Origin: Nemertoderma westbladi
Taxonomy: Eukaryota; Animalia; Xenacoelomorpha
Assembly: GCA_032718475.1 (NCBI GenBank)
Contig: JAUCBJ010006705.1
Location: 1 to 64,000, forward strand
Length of the DNA: 64,000 bases
Direction of reading: 5' to 3'
Shown here: positions 11,980 to 25,800 of the stretch, in pieces
Numbering within the stretch: position 1 is the stretch's first letter
Layout of the letters: each line of letters begins with the position of its first letter
Translations under genes and position numbers: made by a program
The notes under the pieces: generated by a model
The model's input: the letters and a program-made list of their open reading frames with translations, nothing else
Told to the model about the DNA's origin: nothing
Databases searched by the model: none

Positions 11980-13135
11980 ATCTGAGCCTGAGTGCCTCAC
12001 TGAGGCATAGTCTGTGTCTCAGTTCCTCAGTGAGGGATAGTCTGAGCCTCAGTGAGGCATAGTCTGTGCCTCAGTGAGGCATAGTTTATGCCTCAGTGAG
12101 GCATAGTCTGTGCCTCAATGCATCAGTGAGGCATAGTCTGTGCCTCAGTGAGGCATAGTCTATGCCTCAGTGCCTCAGTGAGGCATAGTCTGTGCCTCAG
12201 TGAGGCATAGTCTGTGCCTCAGTGAGGCATAGTCTATGCCTAGGTGAGGCATAGTCTGTGCCTCAGACCTAAAACTCGAGACTTTAGGAGTGCCTCAGGT
12301 CTTGAATCCGAGTCTTTTCTGTCAGTTCCTCAGTGAGGGATAGTCTGAGCCTCAGTGAGGCATAGTCTGTGCCTCAATGCCTCAGTGAGGCATAGTCTGT
12401 GCCTCAATGCCTCAGTGAGGCATAGTCTGTGCCTCAGTAAGGCATAGTCTATGCCTCAGTGAGGCATTGTCTATGCCACAGTGCCTCAGTGAGGCATAGT
12501 CTGTGGCTCAGGGAGGGATAGTATGTGCCTTAGTGAAGCAGTCTGTGCCTCAGTGAGGCATAGTCTATGCCTAGGTGAGGCATAGTCTGTGCCTCAGACC
12601 TAAAACTCGAGACTTTAGGAGTGCCTCAGGTCTTGAATCCGAGTCTTTTCTGTCAGTTCCTCAGTGAGGGATAGTCTGAGCCTCAGTGAGGCATAGTCTG
12701 TGCCTCAATGCCTCAGTGAGGCATAGTCTGTGCCTCAGAAGGCATAGTCTATGCCTCAGTGAAGCATAGTCTATGCCTCAGTGCCCCAGTGAGGCATAGT
12801 CCATGCCTCAGTGCCTCAGTAAGGCATAGTCTGTGTCTCAGTGCCTCAGTGAGGCATAGTCTGTGCCTCAGTGAGGCATAGTCTTTGCCTCAGTGCCTCA
12901 GTGAGGCATAGTCTATGTCCCAGTGCCTCAGTGAGGCATAGTCTGAGCCTCAACGAGGCATAGTCTGTGCCTCAGTGAGGCATAGTCTGTGCCTCAGTGA
13001 GGCATAGTCTGTGCCTTAGTGAGGCAGTCTGTGCCTCAGTGAGGCATAGTCTATGCCTCAGTGAGGCATAGTCTGTGCCTCAGACCTAAAACTCGAGTCT
13101 TTAGGAGTACCTCAGGTCTTGAATCCGAGTCTTTA
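11980..13135. repeat. ~22-bp palindromic minisatellite with three interspersed ~55-bp blocks, probably the interior of a non-autonomous DNA element (~11941-13380)
   Basis: Unit tgcctcagtgaggcatagtctg (inverted repeat TGCCTCA-G-TGAGGCA). The block agacctaaaactcgag...gaatccgagtcttt occurs at ~12266, ~12596 and ~13082. Confidence 0.85.
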
Positions 13136-13485
13136 GCAGCACACTGAAGAACTGCGAGTCGATCAACCTCCTCTGTAAAGTATAGCCTATGCCATAGTAG
13201 ATGTCTACCAAGTTTCAGCCTCAATGAATTAAAAACAATCAAATGAGATCAGGTTTTTACTTTGATACATTTCGCCCTCTAGGGGCAAAATGGGGAACTT
13301 CAGACTACTCTACGACTCCGTAAAAGATATAGCCTAAGCCGTAGTAGATGCCTACCGAGATGCTTACCGAGTTTATAACAATAATAATATTATTGTTATA
13401 GAATATTTGACCAGTTGTTAATCAATAATTTATTATTCATTTTAAAATAACTTATAATTGTAATAGAATTAATTGTATTAATTAA

Positions 13486-13735
13486 TTGATTGTAATTATT
13501 GTAATTGATTTATTGTAATTGATTGTTATTGTAATTGATTGTTATTGTAATTGATTGTTATTGTAATTGATTGTTATTGTAATTGATTGTTATTGTAATT
13601 GATTTATTGTAATTGATTTATTGTAATTGATTGTTATTGTAATTGATTGTTATTGTAATTGATTGTTATTGTAATTGATTGTTATTGTAATTGATTTATT
13701 GTAATTGATTGTATTTATTGTAATTGATTGGAATT
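13486..13735. repeat. AT-rich 14/16-bp tandem repeat
   Basis: (gtaattgattgttatt)n with gtaattgatttatt variants, directly upstream of the exon-2 acceptor. Confidence 0.9.
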
Positions 13736-13758
13736 AATTGTATTTCCGTTAATCGTAG

Positions 13759-13847
13759 AAAATGAAGAAATAGAACCGGTAGTCGATGACATCGAGGAAC
13801 CCGTAGAACTAACATTTTCGGAGGAAGCCTTGTTCTGGCACAATAAG
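13759..13847 (+). CDS. Second coding exon of the putative GAPR-1/GLIPR2-like gene (start of the CAP domain)
   Basis: Acceptor tatttccgttaatcgtag|AA, open frame (E)NEEIEPVVDDIEEPVELTFSEEALFWHNK, donor AAG|gtaagg. FSEEALFWHNK fits the first CAP helix pattern F..e.L..HN.(YR). Confidence 0.75.
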
Positions 13848-16800
13848 GTAAGGTAGGAGGAAGCCTTGTTCTGGCACAATAAGGTAAGGTAGGAGGAAGC
13901 CTTGTTCCTTCACAATAAGGTAAGGTAGGAGGAAGCCTTGTTCTGGCACAATAAGGTAAGGTAAGGTAGGAGGAAGCCTTGTTCTGGCACAATAAGGTAA
14001 GGTAGGAGGAAGCCTTGTTCTGGCACAATAAGGTAAGGTAGGAGGAAGCCTTGTTCTGGCACTATAAGGTAAGGTAGGAGGAAGCCTTGTTCTGGCACAA
14101 TAAGGTAAGGTAAGGTAGGAGGAAGCCTTGTTCTGGCACAATAAGGTAAGGTAGGAGGAAGCCTTGTTCTGGCACAATAAGGTAAGGTAGGAGGAAGCCT
14201 TGTTCTGGCACAATAAGGTAAGGTAGGAGGAAGCCTTGTTCTGGCACAATAAGGTAAGGTAGGAGGAAGCCTTGTTCTGGTACAATAAGGTAAGGTAGGA
14301 GGAAGCCTTGTTCTGGCACAATAAGGTAAGGTAGGAGGAAGACTTGTTCTGGCACAATAAGGTAAGGTAAGGTAGGAGGAAGCCTTGTTCTGGCACAATA
14401 AGGTAAGGTAAGGTAGGAGGGAGCCTTGTTCTGGCACAATAAGGTAAGGTAAGGTAGGAGGAACCCTTGTTCTGGCACAATAAGGTAGGTTAGGAGGCAG
14501 CCTAGTTCTGGCACAATAAGGTAAGGTAGGAGGAAGCCTTGTTCTGGCACAATAAGGTAAGGTAGGAGGAAGCCTTGTTCTGGCACAATAAGGTAAGGTA
14601 GGAGGAAGCCTTGTTCTGGCACAATAAGGTAAGGTAGGAGGAAGCCTTGTTCTGGCACAATAAGGTAAGGTAGGAGGAAGCCTTGTTCTGGCACAATAAG
14701 GTAAGATAGGAGGAAGCCTTGTTCTGGCACAATAAGGTAAGGTAGGAGGAAGCCTTGTTCTGGCACAATAAGGTAAGGTAGGAGGAAGCCTTGTTCTGGC
14801 ACAATAAGGTAAGGTAGGAGGAAGCCTTGTTCTGGCACAATAAGGTAAGGTAGGAGGAAGCCTTGTTCTGGCACAATAAGGTAAGGTAGGAGGAAGCCTT
14901 GTTCTGGCACAATAAGGTAAGGTAGGAGGAAGCCTTGTTCTGGCACAATAAGGTAAGGTAGGAGGAAGCCTTGTTCTGGCACAATAAGGTAAGGTAGGAG
15001 GAAGCCTTGTTCTGGCACAATAAGGTAAGGTAGGAGGAAGTCTTGTTCTGGCACTATAAGGTAAGGTAGGAGGAAGCCTTGTTCTGGCACAATAAGGTAA
15101 GGTAAGGTAGGTGGAAGCCTTGTTCTGGCACAATAAGGTAAGGTAGGAGGAAGCCTTGTTCTGGCACAATAAGGTAAGGTAGGAGGAAGCCTTGTTCTGG
15201 CACAATAAGGTAAGGTAGGAGGAAGCCTTGTTCTGGCACAATAAGGTAAGGTAGGAGGAAGCCTTGTTCTGGCACAATAAGGTAAGGTAGGAGGAAGCCT
15301 TGTTCTGGCACAATAAGGTAAGGTAGGAGGAAGTCTTGTTCTGGCACTATAAGGTAAGGTAGGAGGAAGCCTTGTTCTGGCACAATAAGGTAAGGTAAGG
15401 TAGGTGGAAGCCTTGTTCTGGCACAATAAGGTAAGGTAGGAGGAAGTCTTGTTCTGGCACTATAAGGTAAGGTAGGAGGAAGCCTTGTTCTGGCACAATA
15501 AGGTAAGGTAAGGTAGGTGGAAGCCTTGTTCTGGCACAATAAGGTAAGGTAGGGGGAAGCCTTGTTCTGGCACAATAAGGTAAGGTAGGAGGAAGCCTTG
15601 TTCTGGCACAATAAGGTAAGGTAAGGTAGGGGGAAGCCTTGTTCTGGCACAATAAGGTAAGGTAGGAGGAATCCTTGTTCTGACACAATAAGGTAAGGTA
15701 GGAGGAAGCCTTGTTCTGGCACAATAAGGTAAGGTAGGAGGAAGTCTTGTTCTGGCACAATAAGGTAAGGTAGGAGGAAGCCTTGTTCTGGCACAATAAG
15801 GTAAGGTAGGAGGAAGCCTTGTTCTGACACAATAAGGTAAGGTAGGAGGAAGCCTTGTTCTGGCACAATAAGGTAAGGTAAGGTAGGAGGAAGCCTTGTT
15901 CTGGCCCAATAAGGTAAGGTAGGAGGAAGCCTTGTTCTGGCACAATAAGGTAAGGTAAGGTAGGAGGAAGCCTTGTTCTGGTACAATAAGGTAAGGTAGG
16001 AGGAAGCCTTGTTCTGGCACAATAAGGTAAGGTAGTAGGAAGCCTTGTTCTGGCACAATAAGGTAAGGTAGGAGGAAGCCTTGTTCTGGCACAATAAGGT
16101 AAGGTAGGAGGAAGCCTTGTTCTGGCACAATAAGGTAAGGTAGGAGGAAGCCTTGTTCTGGCACAATAAGGTAGGTTAGGAGGAAGCCTTGTTCTGGCAC
16201 AATAAGGTAAGGTAGGAGGAAGCCTTGTTCTGGCACAATAAGGTAAGGTAGGAGGAAGCCTTGTTCTGGCACAATAAGGTAAGGTAAGGTAGGAGGAAGC
16301 CTTGTTCTGGCCCAATAAGGTAAGGTAGGAGGAAGCCTTGTTCTGGCACAATAAGGTAAGGTAGGAGGAAGCCTTGTTCTGGCACAATAAGGTAAGGTAA
16401 GGTAGGAGGAAGCCTTGTTCTGGCCCAATAAGGTAAGGTAGGAGGAAGCCTTGTTCTGGCACAATAAGGTAAGGTAAGGTAGGAGGAAGCCTTGTTCTGG
16501 TACAATAAGGTAAGGTAGGAGGAAGCCTTGTTCTGGCACAATAAGGTAAGGTAGTAGGAAGCCTTGTTCTGGCACAATAAGGTAAGGTAGGAGGAAGCCT
16601 TGTTCTGGCACAATAAGGTAAGGTAGGAGGAAGCCTTGTTCTGGCACAATAAGGTAAGGTAGGAGGAAGCCTTGTTCTGGCACAATAAGGTAGGTTAGGA
16701 GGAAGCCTTGTTCTGGCACAATAAGGTAAGGTAGGAGGAAGCCTTGTTCTGGCACAATAAGGTAAGGTAGGAGGAAGCCTTGTTCTGGTACAATAAGGTA

Positions 16801-19800
16801 AGGTAGGAGGAAGCCTTGTTCTGGCACAATAAGGTAAGATAAAGTTGGAGGAAGCCTTGTTCTGGCACAATAAGGTAAGGTAGGAGGAAGCCTTGTTCTG
16901 GCACAATAAGGTAAGGTAGGAGGAAGCCTTGTTCTGGCACAATAAGGTAAGGTAGGAGGAAGCCTTGTTCTGGTACAATAAGGTAAGGTAGGAGGAAGCC
17001 TTGTTCTGGCACAATAAGGTAAGGTAGGAGGAAGCCTTGTTCTGGTACAATAAGGTAAGGTAGGAGGAAGCCTTGTTCTGGCACAATAAGGTAAGGTAGG
17101 AGGAAGCCTTGTTCTGGCACAATAAGGTAAGGTAGGAGGAAGCCTTGTTCTGGCACAATAAGGTAAGGTAGGAGGAAGCCTTGTTCTGGCACAATAAGGT
17201 AAGGTAGGAGGAAGCCTTGTTCTGGCACAATAAGGTAAGGTAGGAGGAAGCCTTGTTCTGGCACAATAAGGTAAGGTAGGAGGAAGCCTTGTTCTGGCAC
17301 AATAAGGTAAGGTAGGAGGAAGCCTTGTTCTGGTACAATAAGGTAAGGTAGGAGGAAGCCTTGTTCTGGCACAATAAGGTAAGGTAGGAGGAAGCCTTGT
17401 TCTGGCACAATAAGGTAAGGTAGGAGGAAGCCTTGTTCTGGCACAATAAGGTAAGGTAGGAGGAAGCCTTGTTCTGGCACAATAAGGTAAGGTAGGAGGA
17501 AGCCTTGTTCTGGCACAATAAGGTAAGGTAGGAGGAAGCCTTGTTCTGGCACAATAAGGTAAGGTAGGAGGAAGCCTTGTTCTGGCACAATAAGGTAAGG
17601 TAGGAGGAAGCCTTGTTCTGGCACAATAAGGTAAGGTAGGAGGAAGCCTTGTTCTGGCACAATAAGGTAAGGTAGGAGGAAGCCTTGTTCTGGCACAATA
17701 AGGTAAGGTAGGAGGAAGCCTTGTTCTGGCACAATAAGGTAAGGTAGGAGGAAGCCTTGTTCTGGCACAATAAGGTAAGGTAGGAGGAAGCCTTGTTCTG
17801 GCACAATAAGGTAAGGTAGGAGGAAGCCTTGTTCTGGCACAATAAGGTAAGGTAGGAGGAAGCCTTGTTCTGGCACAATAAGGTAAGGTAGGAGGAAGCC
17901 TTGTTCTGGCACAATAAGGTAAGGTAGGAGGAAGCCTTGTTCTGGCACAATAAGGTAAGGTAGGAGGAAGCCTTGTTCTGGCACAATAAGGTAAGGTAGG
18001 AGGAAGCCTTGTTCTGGCACAATAAGGTAAGGTAGGAGGAAGCCTTGTTCTGGCACAATAAGGTAAGGTAGGAGGAAGCCTTGTTCTGGCACAATAAGGT
18101 AAGGTAGGAGGAAGCCTTGTTCTGGCACAATAAGGTAAGGTAGGAGGAAGCCTTGTTCTGGCACAATAAGGTAAGGTAGGAGGAAGCCTTGTTCTGGTAC
18201 AATAAGGTAAGGTAGGAGGAAGCCTTGTTCTGGCACAATAAGGTAAGGTAGGAGGAAGCCTTGTTCTGGCACAATAAGGTAAGGTAGGAGGAAGCCTTGT
18301 TCTGGCACAATAAGGTAAGGTAGGAGGAAGCCTTGTTCTGGCACAATAAGGTAAGGTAGGAGGAAGCCTTGTTCTGGCACAATAAGGTAAGGTAGGAGGA
18401 AGCCTTGTTCTGGCACAATAAGGTAAGGTAGGAGGAAGCCTTGTTCTGGCACAATAAGGTAAGGTAGGAGGAAGCCTTGTTCTGGCACAATAAGGTAAGG
18501 TAGGAGGAAGCCTTGTTCTGGCACAATAAGGTAAGGTAGGAGGAAGCCTTGTTCTGGCACAATAAGGTAAGGTAAGGGAGGAGGAAGCCTTGTTCTGGCA
18601 CAATAAGGTAAGGTAGGAGGAAGCCTTGTTCTGGCACAATAAGGTAAGGTAGGAGGAAGCCTTGTTCTGGCACAATAAGGTAAGGTAGGAGGAAGCCTTG
18701 TTCTGGCACAATAAGGTAAGGTAGGAGGAAGCCTTGTTCTGGCACAATAAGGTAAGGTAAGGTAGGAGGAAGCCTTGTTCTGGCACAATAAGGTAAGGTA
18801 AGGTAGGAGAAGCCTTGTTCTGGCACAATAAGGTAAGGTAAGGGAGGAGGAAGCCTTGTTCTGGCACAATAAGGTAAGGTAGGAGGAAGCCTTGTTCTGG
18901 CACAATAAGGTAAGGTAAGGAGGAGGAAGCCTTGTTCTGGCACAATAAGGTAAGGTAGGAGGAAGCCTTGTTCTGGCACAATAAGGTAAGGTAGGAGGAA
19001 GCCTTGTTCTGGCACAATAAGGTAGGTTAGGAGGAAGCCTTGTTCTGGCACAATAAGGTAAGGTAGGAGGAAGCCTTGTTCTGGCACAATAAGGTAAGGT
19101 AGGAGGAAGCCTTGTTCTGGCACAATAAGGTAAGGTAGGAGGAAGCCTTGTTCTGGCACAATAAGGTAAGGTAGGAGGAAGCCTTGTTCTGGCACAATAA
19201 GGTAAGGTAGGAGGAAGCCTTGTTCTGGCACAATAAGGTAAGGTAGGAGGAAGCCTTGTTCTGGCACAATAAGGTAAGGTAGGAGGAAGCCTTGTTCTGG
19301 TACAATAAGGTAAGGTAGGAGGAAGCCTTGTTCTGGCACAATAAGGTAAGGTAAGGTAGGAGGAAGCCTTGTTCTGGCACAATAAGGTAAGGTAGGAGGA
19401 AGCCTTGTTCTGGCACAATAAGGTAAGGTAGGAGGAAGCCTTGTTCTGGCACAATAAGGTAAGGTAGGAGGAAGCCTTGTTCTGGCACAATAAGGTAAGG
19501 TAAGGTAGGAGGAAGCCTTGTTCTGGCACAATAAGGTAAGGTAGGAGGAAGCCTTGTTCTGGCACAATAAGGTAAGGTAAGGTAGGAGGAAGCCTTGTTC
19601 TGGTACAATAAGGTAAGGTAGGAGGAAGCCTTGTTCTGGCACAATAAGGTAAGGTAGGAGGAAGCCTTGTTCTGGCACAATAAGGTAAGGTAAGGTAGGA
19701 GGAAGCCTTGTTCTGGCACAATAAGGTAAGGTAGGAGGAAGCCTTGTTCTGGCACAATAAGGTAAGGTAAGGTAGGAGGAAGCCTTGTTCTGGTACAATA

Positions 19801-22800
19801 AGGTAAGGTAGGAGGAAGCCTTGTTCTGGCACAATAAGGTAAGGTAGGAGGAAGCCTTGTTCTGGCACAATAAGGTAAGGTAGGAGGAAGCCTTGTTCTG
19901 GCACAATAAGGTAAGGTAAGGTAGGAGGAAGCCTTGTTCTGGCACAATAAGGTAAGGTAGGAGGAAGCCTTGTTCTGGCACAATAAGGTAAGGTAAGGTA
20001 GGAGGAAGCCTTGTTCTGGCACAATAAGGTAAGGTAGGAGGAAGCCTTGTTCTGGCACAATAAGGTAAGGTAGGAGGAAGCCTTGTTCTGGTACAATAAG
20101 GTAAGGTAGGAGGAAGCCTTGTTCTGGCACAATAAGGTAAGGTAGGAGGAAGCCTTGTTCTGGCACAATAAGGTAAGGTAGGAGGAAGCCTTGTTCTGGC
20201 ACAATAAGGTAAGGTAGGAGGAAGCCTTGTTCTGGCACAATAAGGTAAGGTAAGTAGGAGGAAGCCTTGTTCTGGCACAATAAGGTAAGGTAGGAGGAAG
20301 CCTTGTTCTGGCACAATAAGGTAAGGTAGGAGGAAGCCTTGTTCTGGAACAATAAGGTAAGGTAGGAGGAAGCCTTGTTCTGGCACAATAAGGTAAGGTA
20401 AGGTAGGAGGAAGCCTTGTTCTGGCACAATAAGGTAAGGTAGGAGGAAGCCTTGTTCTGGCACAATAAGGTAAGGTAAGGTAGGAGGAAGCCTTGTTCTG
20501 GTACAATAAGGTAAGGTAGGAGGAAGCCTTGTTCTGGTACAATAAGGTAAGGTAGGAGGAAGCCTTGTTCTGGCCCAATAAGGTAAGGTAGGAGGAAGCC
20601 TTGTTCTGGCACAATAAGGTAAGGTAAGGTAGGAGGAAGCCTTGTTCTGGCACAATAAGGTAAGGTAGGAGGAAGCCTTGTTCTGGCACAATAAGGTAAG
20701 GTAGGAGGAAGCCTTGTTCTGGCACAATAAGGTAAGGTAGGAGGAAGCCTTGTTCTGGCACAATAAGGTAAGGTAGGAGGAAGCCTTGTTCTGGCACAAT
20801 AAGGTAAGGTAGGAGGAAGCCTTGTTCTGGCACAATAAGGTAAGGTAGGAGGAAGCCTTGTTCTGGCACAATAAGGTAAGGTAGGAGGAAGCCTTGTTCT
20901 GGCACAATAAGGTAAGGTAAGGTAGGAGGGAGCCTTGTTCTGGCACAATAAGGTAAGGTAAGGTAGGAGGAGCCTTGTTCTGGCACAATAAGGTAAGGTT
21001 AGGTAGGAGGAAGCCTTGTTCTGGTACAATAAGGTAAGGTAGGAGGAGGCCTTGTTCTGGAACAATAAGGTAAGGTAGGAGGAAGCCTTGTTCTGGTACA
21101 ATAAGGTAAGGTAGGAGGAAGCCTTGTTCTGGAACAATAAGGTAAGGTAGGAGGAAGCCTTGTTCTGGCACAATAAGGTAAGTTAGGAGGAAGCCTTGTT
21201 CTGGCACAATAAGGTAAGGTAGGAGGAAGCCTTGTTCTGGCACAATAAGGTAAGGTAGGAGGAAGCCTTGTTCTGGTACAATAAGGTAAGGTAGTAGGAA
21301 GCCTTGTTCTGGCACAATAAGGTAAGGTAGGAGGAAGCCTTGTTCTGGTACAATAAGGTAAGGTAGGAGGAAGCCTTGTTCTGGCACAATAAGGTAAGGT
21401 AGGAGGAAGCCTTGTTCTGGCACAATAAGGTAAGGTAGGAGGAAGCCTTGTTCTGGCACAATAAGGTAAGGTAGGAGGAAGCCTTGTTCTGGCACAATAA
21501 GGTAAGGTAAGGTAGGAGGGAGCCTTGTTCTGGCACAATAAGGTAAGGTAAGGTAGGAGGGAGCCTTGTTCTAGCACAATAAGGTAAGGTAAGGTAGGAG
21601 GAAGCCTTGTTCTGGCACAATAAGGTAAGGTAGGAGGAAGCCTTGTTCTGGCACAATAAGGTAAGGTAGGAGGAAGCCTTGTTCTGGTACAATAAGGTAA
21701 GGTAGGAGGAAGCCTTGTTCTGGCACAATAAGGTAAGGTAGTAGGAAGCCTTGTTCTGGCACAATAAGGTAAGGTAGGAGGAAGCCTTGTTCTGGTACAA
21801 TAAGGTAAGGTAGGAGGAAGCCTTGTTCTGGCACAATAAGGTAAGGTAGGAGGAAGCCTTGTTCTGGCACAATAAGGTAAGGTAGGAGGAAGCCTTGTTC
21901 TGGCACAATAAGGTAAGGTAGGAGGAAGCCTTGTTCTGGCACAATAAGGTAAGGTAAGGTAGGAGGGAGCCTTGTTCTGGCACAATAAGGTAAGGTAAGG
22001 TAGGAGGGAGCCTTGTTCTGGCACAATAAGGTAAGGTAAGGTAGGAGGAAGCCTTGTTCTGGTACAATAAGGTAAGGTAGGAGGAGGCCTTGTTCTGGAA
22101 CAATAAGGTAAGGTAGGAGGAAGCCTTGTTCTGGTACAATAAGGTAAGGTAGGAGGAAGCCTTGTTCTGGCACAATAAGGTAAGGTAGGAGGAAGCCTTG
22201 TTCTGGCACAATAAGGTAAGGTAGGAGGAAGCCTTGTTCTGGTACAATAAGGTAAGGTAGGAGGAAGCCTTGTTCTGACACAATAAGGTAAGGTAGGAGG
22301 AAGCCTTGTTCTGGCACAATAAGGTAAGGTAGGAGGAAGCCTTGTTCTGGTACAATAAGGTAAGGTAGGAGGAAGCCTTGTTCTGGTACAATAAGGTAAG
22401 GTAGGAGGAAGCCTTGTTCTGGCACAATAAGGTAAGGTAGGAGGAAGCCTTGTTCTGGCACAATAAGGTAAGGTAGGAGGAAGCCTTGTTCTGGCACAAT
22501 AAGGTAAGGTAGGAGGAAGCCTTGTTCTGGCACAATAAGGTAAGTTAGGAGGAAGCCTTGTTCTGGCACAATAAGGTAAGGTAGGAGGAAGCCTTGTTCT
22601 GGCACAATAAGGTAAGGTAGGAGGAAGCCTTGTTCTGGTACAATAAGGTAAGGTAGGAGGAAGCCTTGTTCTGGCACAATAAGGTAAGGTAGGAGGAAGC
22701 CTTGTTCTGGCACAATAAGGTAAGGTAGGAGGAAGCCTTGTTCTGGCACAATAAGGTAAGTTAGGAGGAAGCCTTGTTCTGGCACAATAAGGTAAGGTAG

Positions 22801-25800
22801 GAGGAAGCCTTGTTCTGGCACAATAAGGTAAGGTAGGAGGAAGCCTTGTTCTGGTACAATAAGGTAAGGTAGTAGGAAGCCTTGTTCTGGCACAATAAGG
22901 TAAGGTAGGAGGAAGCCTTGTTCTGGTACAATAAGGTAAGGTAGGAGGAAGCCTTGTTCTGGCACAATAAGGTAAGGTAGGAGGAAGCCTTGTTCTGGCA
23001 CAATAAGGTAAGGTAGGAGGAAGCCTTGTTCTGGCACAATAAGGTAAGGTAGGAGGAAGCCTTGTTCTGGCACAATAAGGTAAGGTAAGGTAGGAGGGAG
23101 CCTTGTTCTGGCACAATAAGGTAAGGTAAGGTAGGAGGGAGCCTTGTTCTAGCACAATAAGGTAAGGTAAGGTAGGAGGAAGCCTTGTTCTGGCACAATA
23201 AGGTAAGGTAGGAGGAAGCCTTGTTCTGGCACAATAAGGTAAGGTAGGAGGAAGCCTTGTTCTGGTACAATAAGGTAAGGTAGGAGGAAGCCTTGTTCTG
23301 GCACAATAAGGTAAGGTAGTAGGAAGCCTTGTTCTGGCACAATAAGGTAAGGTAGGAGGAAGCCTTGTTCTGGTACAATAAGGTAAGGTAGGAGGAAGCC
23401 TTGTTCTGGCACAATAAGGTAAGGTAGGAGGAAGCCTTGTTCTGGCACAATAAGGTAAGGTAGGAGGAAGCCTTGTTCTGGCACAATAAGGTAAGGTAGG
23501 AGGAAGCCTTGTTCTGGCACAATAAGGTAAGGTAAGGTAGGAGGGAGCCTTGTTCTGGCACAATAAGGTAAGGTAAGGTAGGAGGGAGCCTTGTTCTGGC
23601 ACAATAAGGTAAGGTAAGGTAGGAGGAAGCCTTGTTCTGGTACAATAAGGTAAGGTAGGAGGAGGCCTTGTTCTGGAACAATAAGGTAAGGTAGGAGGAA
23701 GCCTTGTTCTGGTACAATAAGGTAAGGTAGGAGGAAGCCTTGTTCTGGCACAATAAGGTAAGGTAGGAGGAAGCCTTGTTCTGGCACAATAAGGTAAGGT
23801 AGGAGGAAGCCTTGTTCTGGTACAATAAGGTAAGGTAGGAGGAAGCCTTGTTCTGACACAATAAGGTAAGGTAGGAGGAAGCCTTGTTCTGGCACAATAA
23901 GGTAAGATAAGGTAGGAGGGATCCTTGTTCTGGCACAATAAGGTAAGATAAGGTAGGAAGGATCCTTGTTCTGGCACAATAAGGTTATTGTAGGAGGCAG
24001 CCTTGTTCTGGCACAATAATGTAAGGTAGGAGGAAGCCTTGTTCTGGTACAATAAGGTAAGGAAGGAGGAAGCCTTGTTCTGGCACAATAAGGTAAGGTA
24101 AGGTAGGAGGAAGCCTTGTTCTGACACAATAAGGTAAGGTAGGAGGAAGCCTTGTTCTGGCACAATAAGGTAAGATAAGGTAGGAGGGATCCTTGTTCTG
24201 GCACAATAAGGTAAGATAAGGTAGGAAGGATCCTTGTTCTGGCACAATAAGGTTATTGTAGGAGGCAGCCTTGTTCTGGCACAATAATGTAAGGTAGGAG
24301 GAAGCCTTGTTCTGGCACAATAAGGTAAGGTAGGAGGAAGCCTTGTTCTGGCACAATAAGGTAAGATAAGGTAGGAGGAAGCCTTGTTCTGGCACAATAA
24401 GGTAAGATAAGGTAGGAGGGATCCTTGTTCTGGAACAATAAGGTAAGGTAGGAGGAAGCCTTGTTCTGGCACAATAAGGTAAGGTAGGAGGAAGCCTTGT
24501 TCTGGCAAAATAAGGTAAGATAAAGTTGGAGGAAGCCTTGTTCTGGCACAATAAGGTAAGATAAGGTAGGAGGAAGCCTTGTTCTGGCACAATAAGGTAA
24601 GGTAAGGTAGGAGGAAGCCTTGTTCTGGCACAATAAGGTAAGGTAGGAGGAAGCCTTGTTCTGGCACAATAAGGTAAGATAAGGTAGGAGGGATCCTTGT
24701 TCTGGCACAATAAGGTAAGATAAGGTAGGAAGGATCCTTGTTCTGGCACAATAAGGTTATTGTAGGAGGCAGCCTTGTTCTGGCACAATAATGTAAGGTA
24801 GGAGGAAGCCTTGTTCTGGCACAATAAGGTAAGGTAGGAGGAAGCCTTGTTCTGGCACAATAAGGTAAGATAAGGTAGGAGGAAGCCTTGTTCTGGCACA
24901 ATAAGGTAAGATAAGGTAGGAGGGATCCTTGTTCTGGCACAATAAGGTAAGGTAGGAGGAAACCTTGTTCTGGCACAATAAGGTAAGATAAGGTAGGAGG
25001 GATCCTTGTTCTGGCACAATAAGGTAAGGTAGGAGGAAACCTTGTTCTGGCACAATAAGGTAAGGTAGGAGGAAGCCTTGTTCTGGCACAATAAGGTAAG
25101 GTAGGAGGAAGCCTTGTTCTGGCACAATAAGGTAAGGTAGGAGGAAGCCTTGTTCTGGCACAATAAGGTAAGGTAGGAGGAAGCCTTGTTCTGGCACAAT
25201 AAGGTAAGGTAGGATGAAGCCTTGTTCTGGCACAATAAGGTAGGGTAGGAGGAAGCCTTGTTCTGGCACAATAAGGTAAGGTAGGAGGAATCCTTGTTCT
25301 GGCACAATAAGGTAAGGTAAGGTAGGAGGAAGCCTTGTTCTGGCACAATAAGGTAAGGTCGGAGGAAGCCTTGTTCTGGCACAATAAGGTAAGGTAAGGT
25401 AGGATGAAGCCTTGTTCTGGCACAATAAGTTAAGGTAGGAGGAAGCCTTGTTCTGGCACAATAAGGTAAGGTAGGAGGAAGCCTTTTTCTGGCACAATAA
25501 GGTAAGGTAAGGTAGGAGGAAGCCTTGTTCTGGCACAATAAGGTAGGGTAGGAGGAAGCCTTGTTCTGGCACAATAAGGTAAGGTAGGAGGAAGCCTTGT
25601 TCTGGCATAATAAGGTAATGTTGGAGGAAGCCTTGTTCTGGCACAATAAGGTAAGGTAGGAGTAAGCCTTGTTCTGGCCCAATAAGGTAAGGTAGGAGGA
25701 AGCCTTGTTCTGGCACAATAAGGTAAGGTAAGGTAGGAGGAAGCCTTGTTCTGGCACAATAAGGTAAGGTAGGAGGAAGCCTTGTTCTGGCACAATAAGG

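Noticed and set aside
13848-13856. GTAAGGTAG as a spliceable 9-nt intron giving a poly-EEALFWHNK protein
   Set aside because: It has GT...AG ends but is far below the minimum spliceosomal intron size and has no branch point.
13844-13860. Telomeric repeat origin of (TAAGG)n
   Set aside because: Only 2-4 copies per unit and not TTAGG/TTAGGG; better explained by slippage at the AAG|GTAAGG donor.
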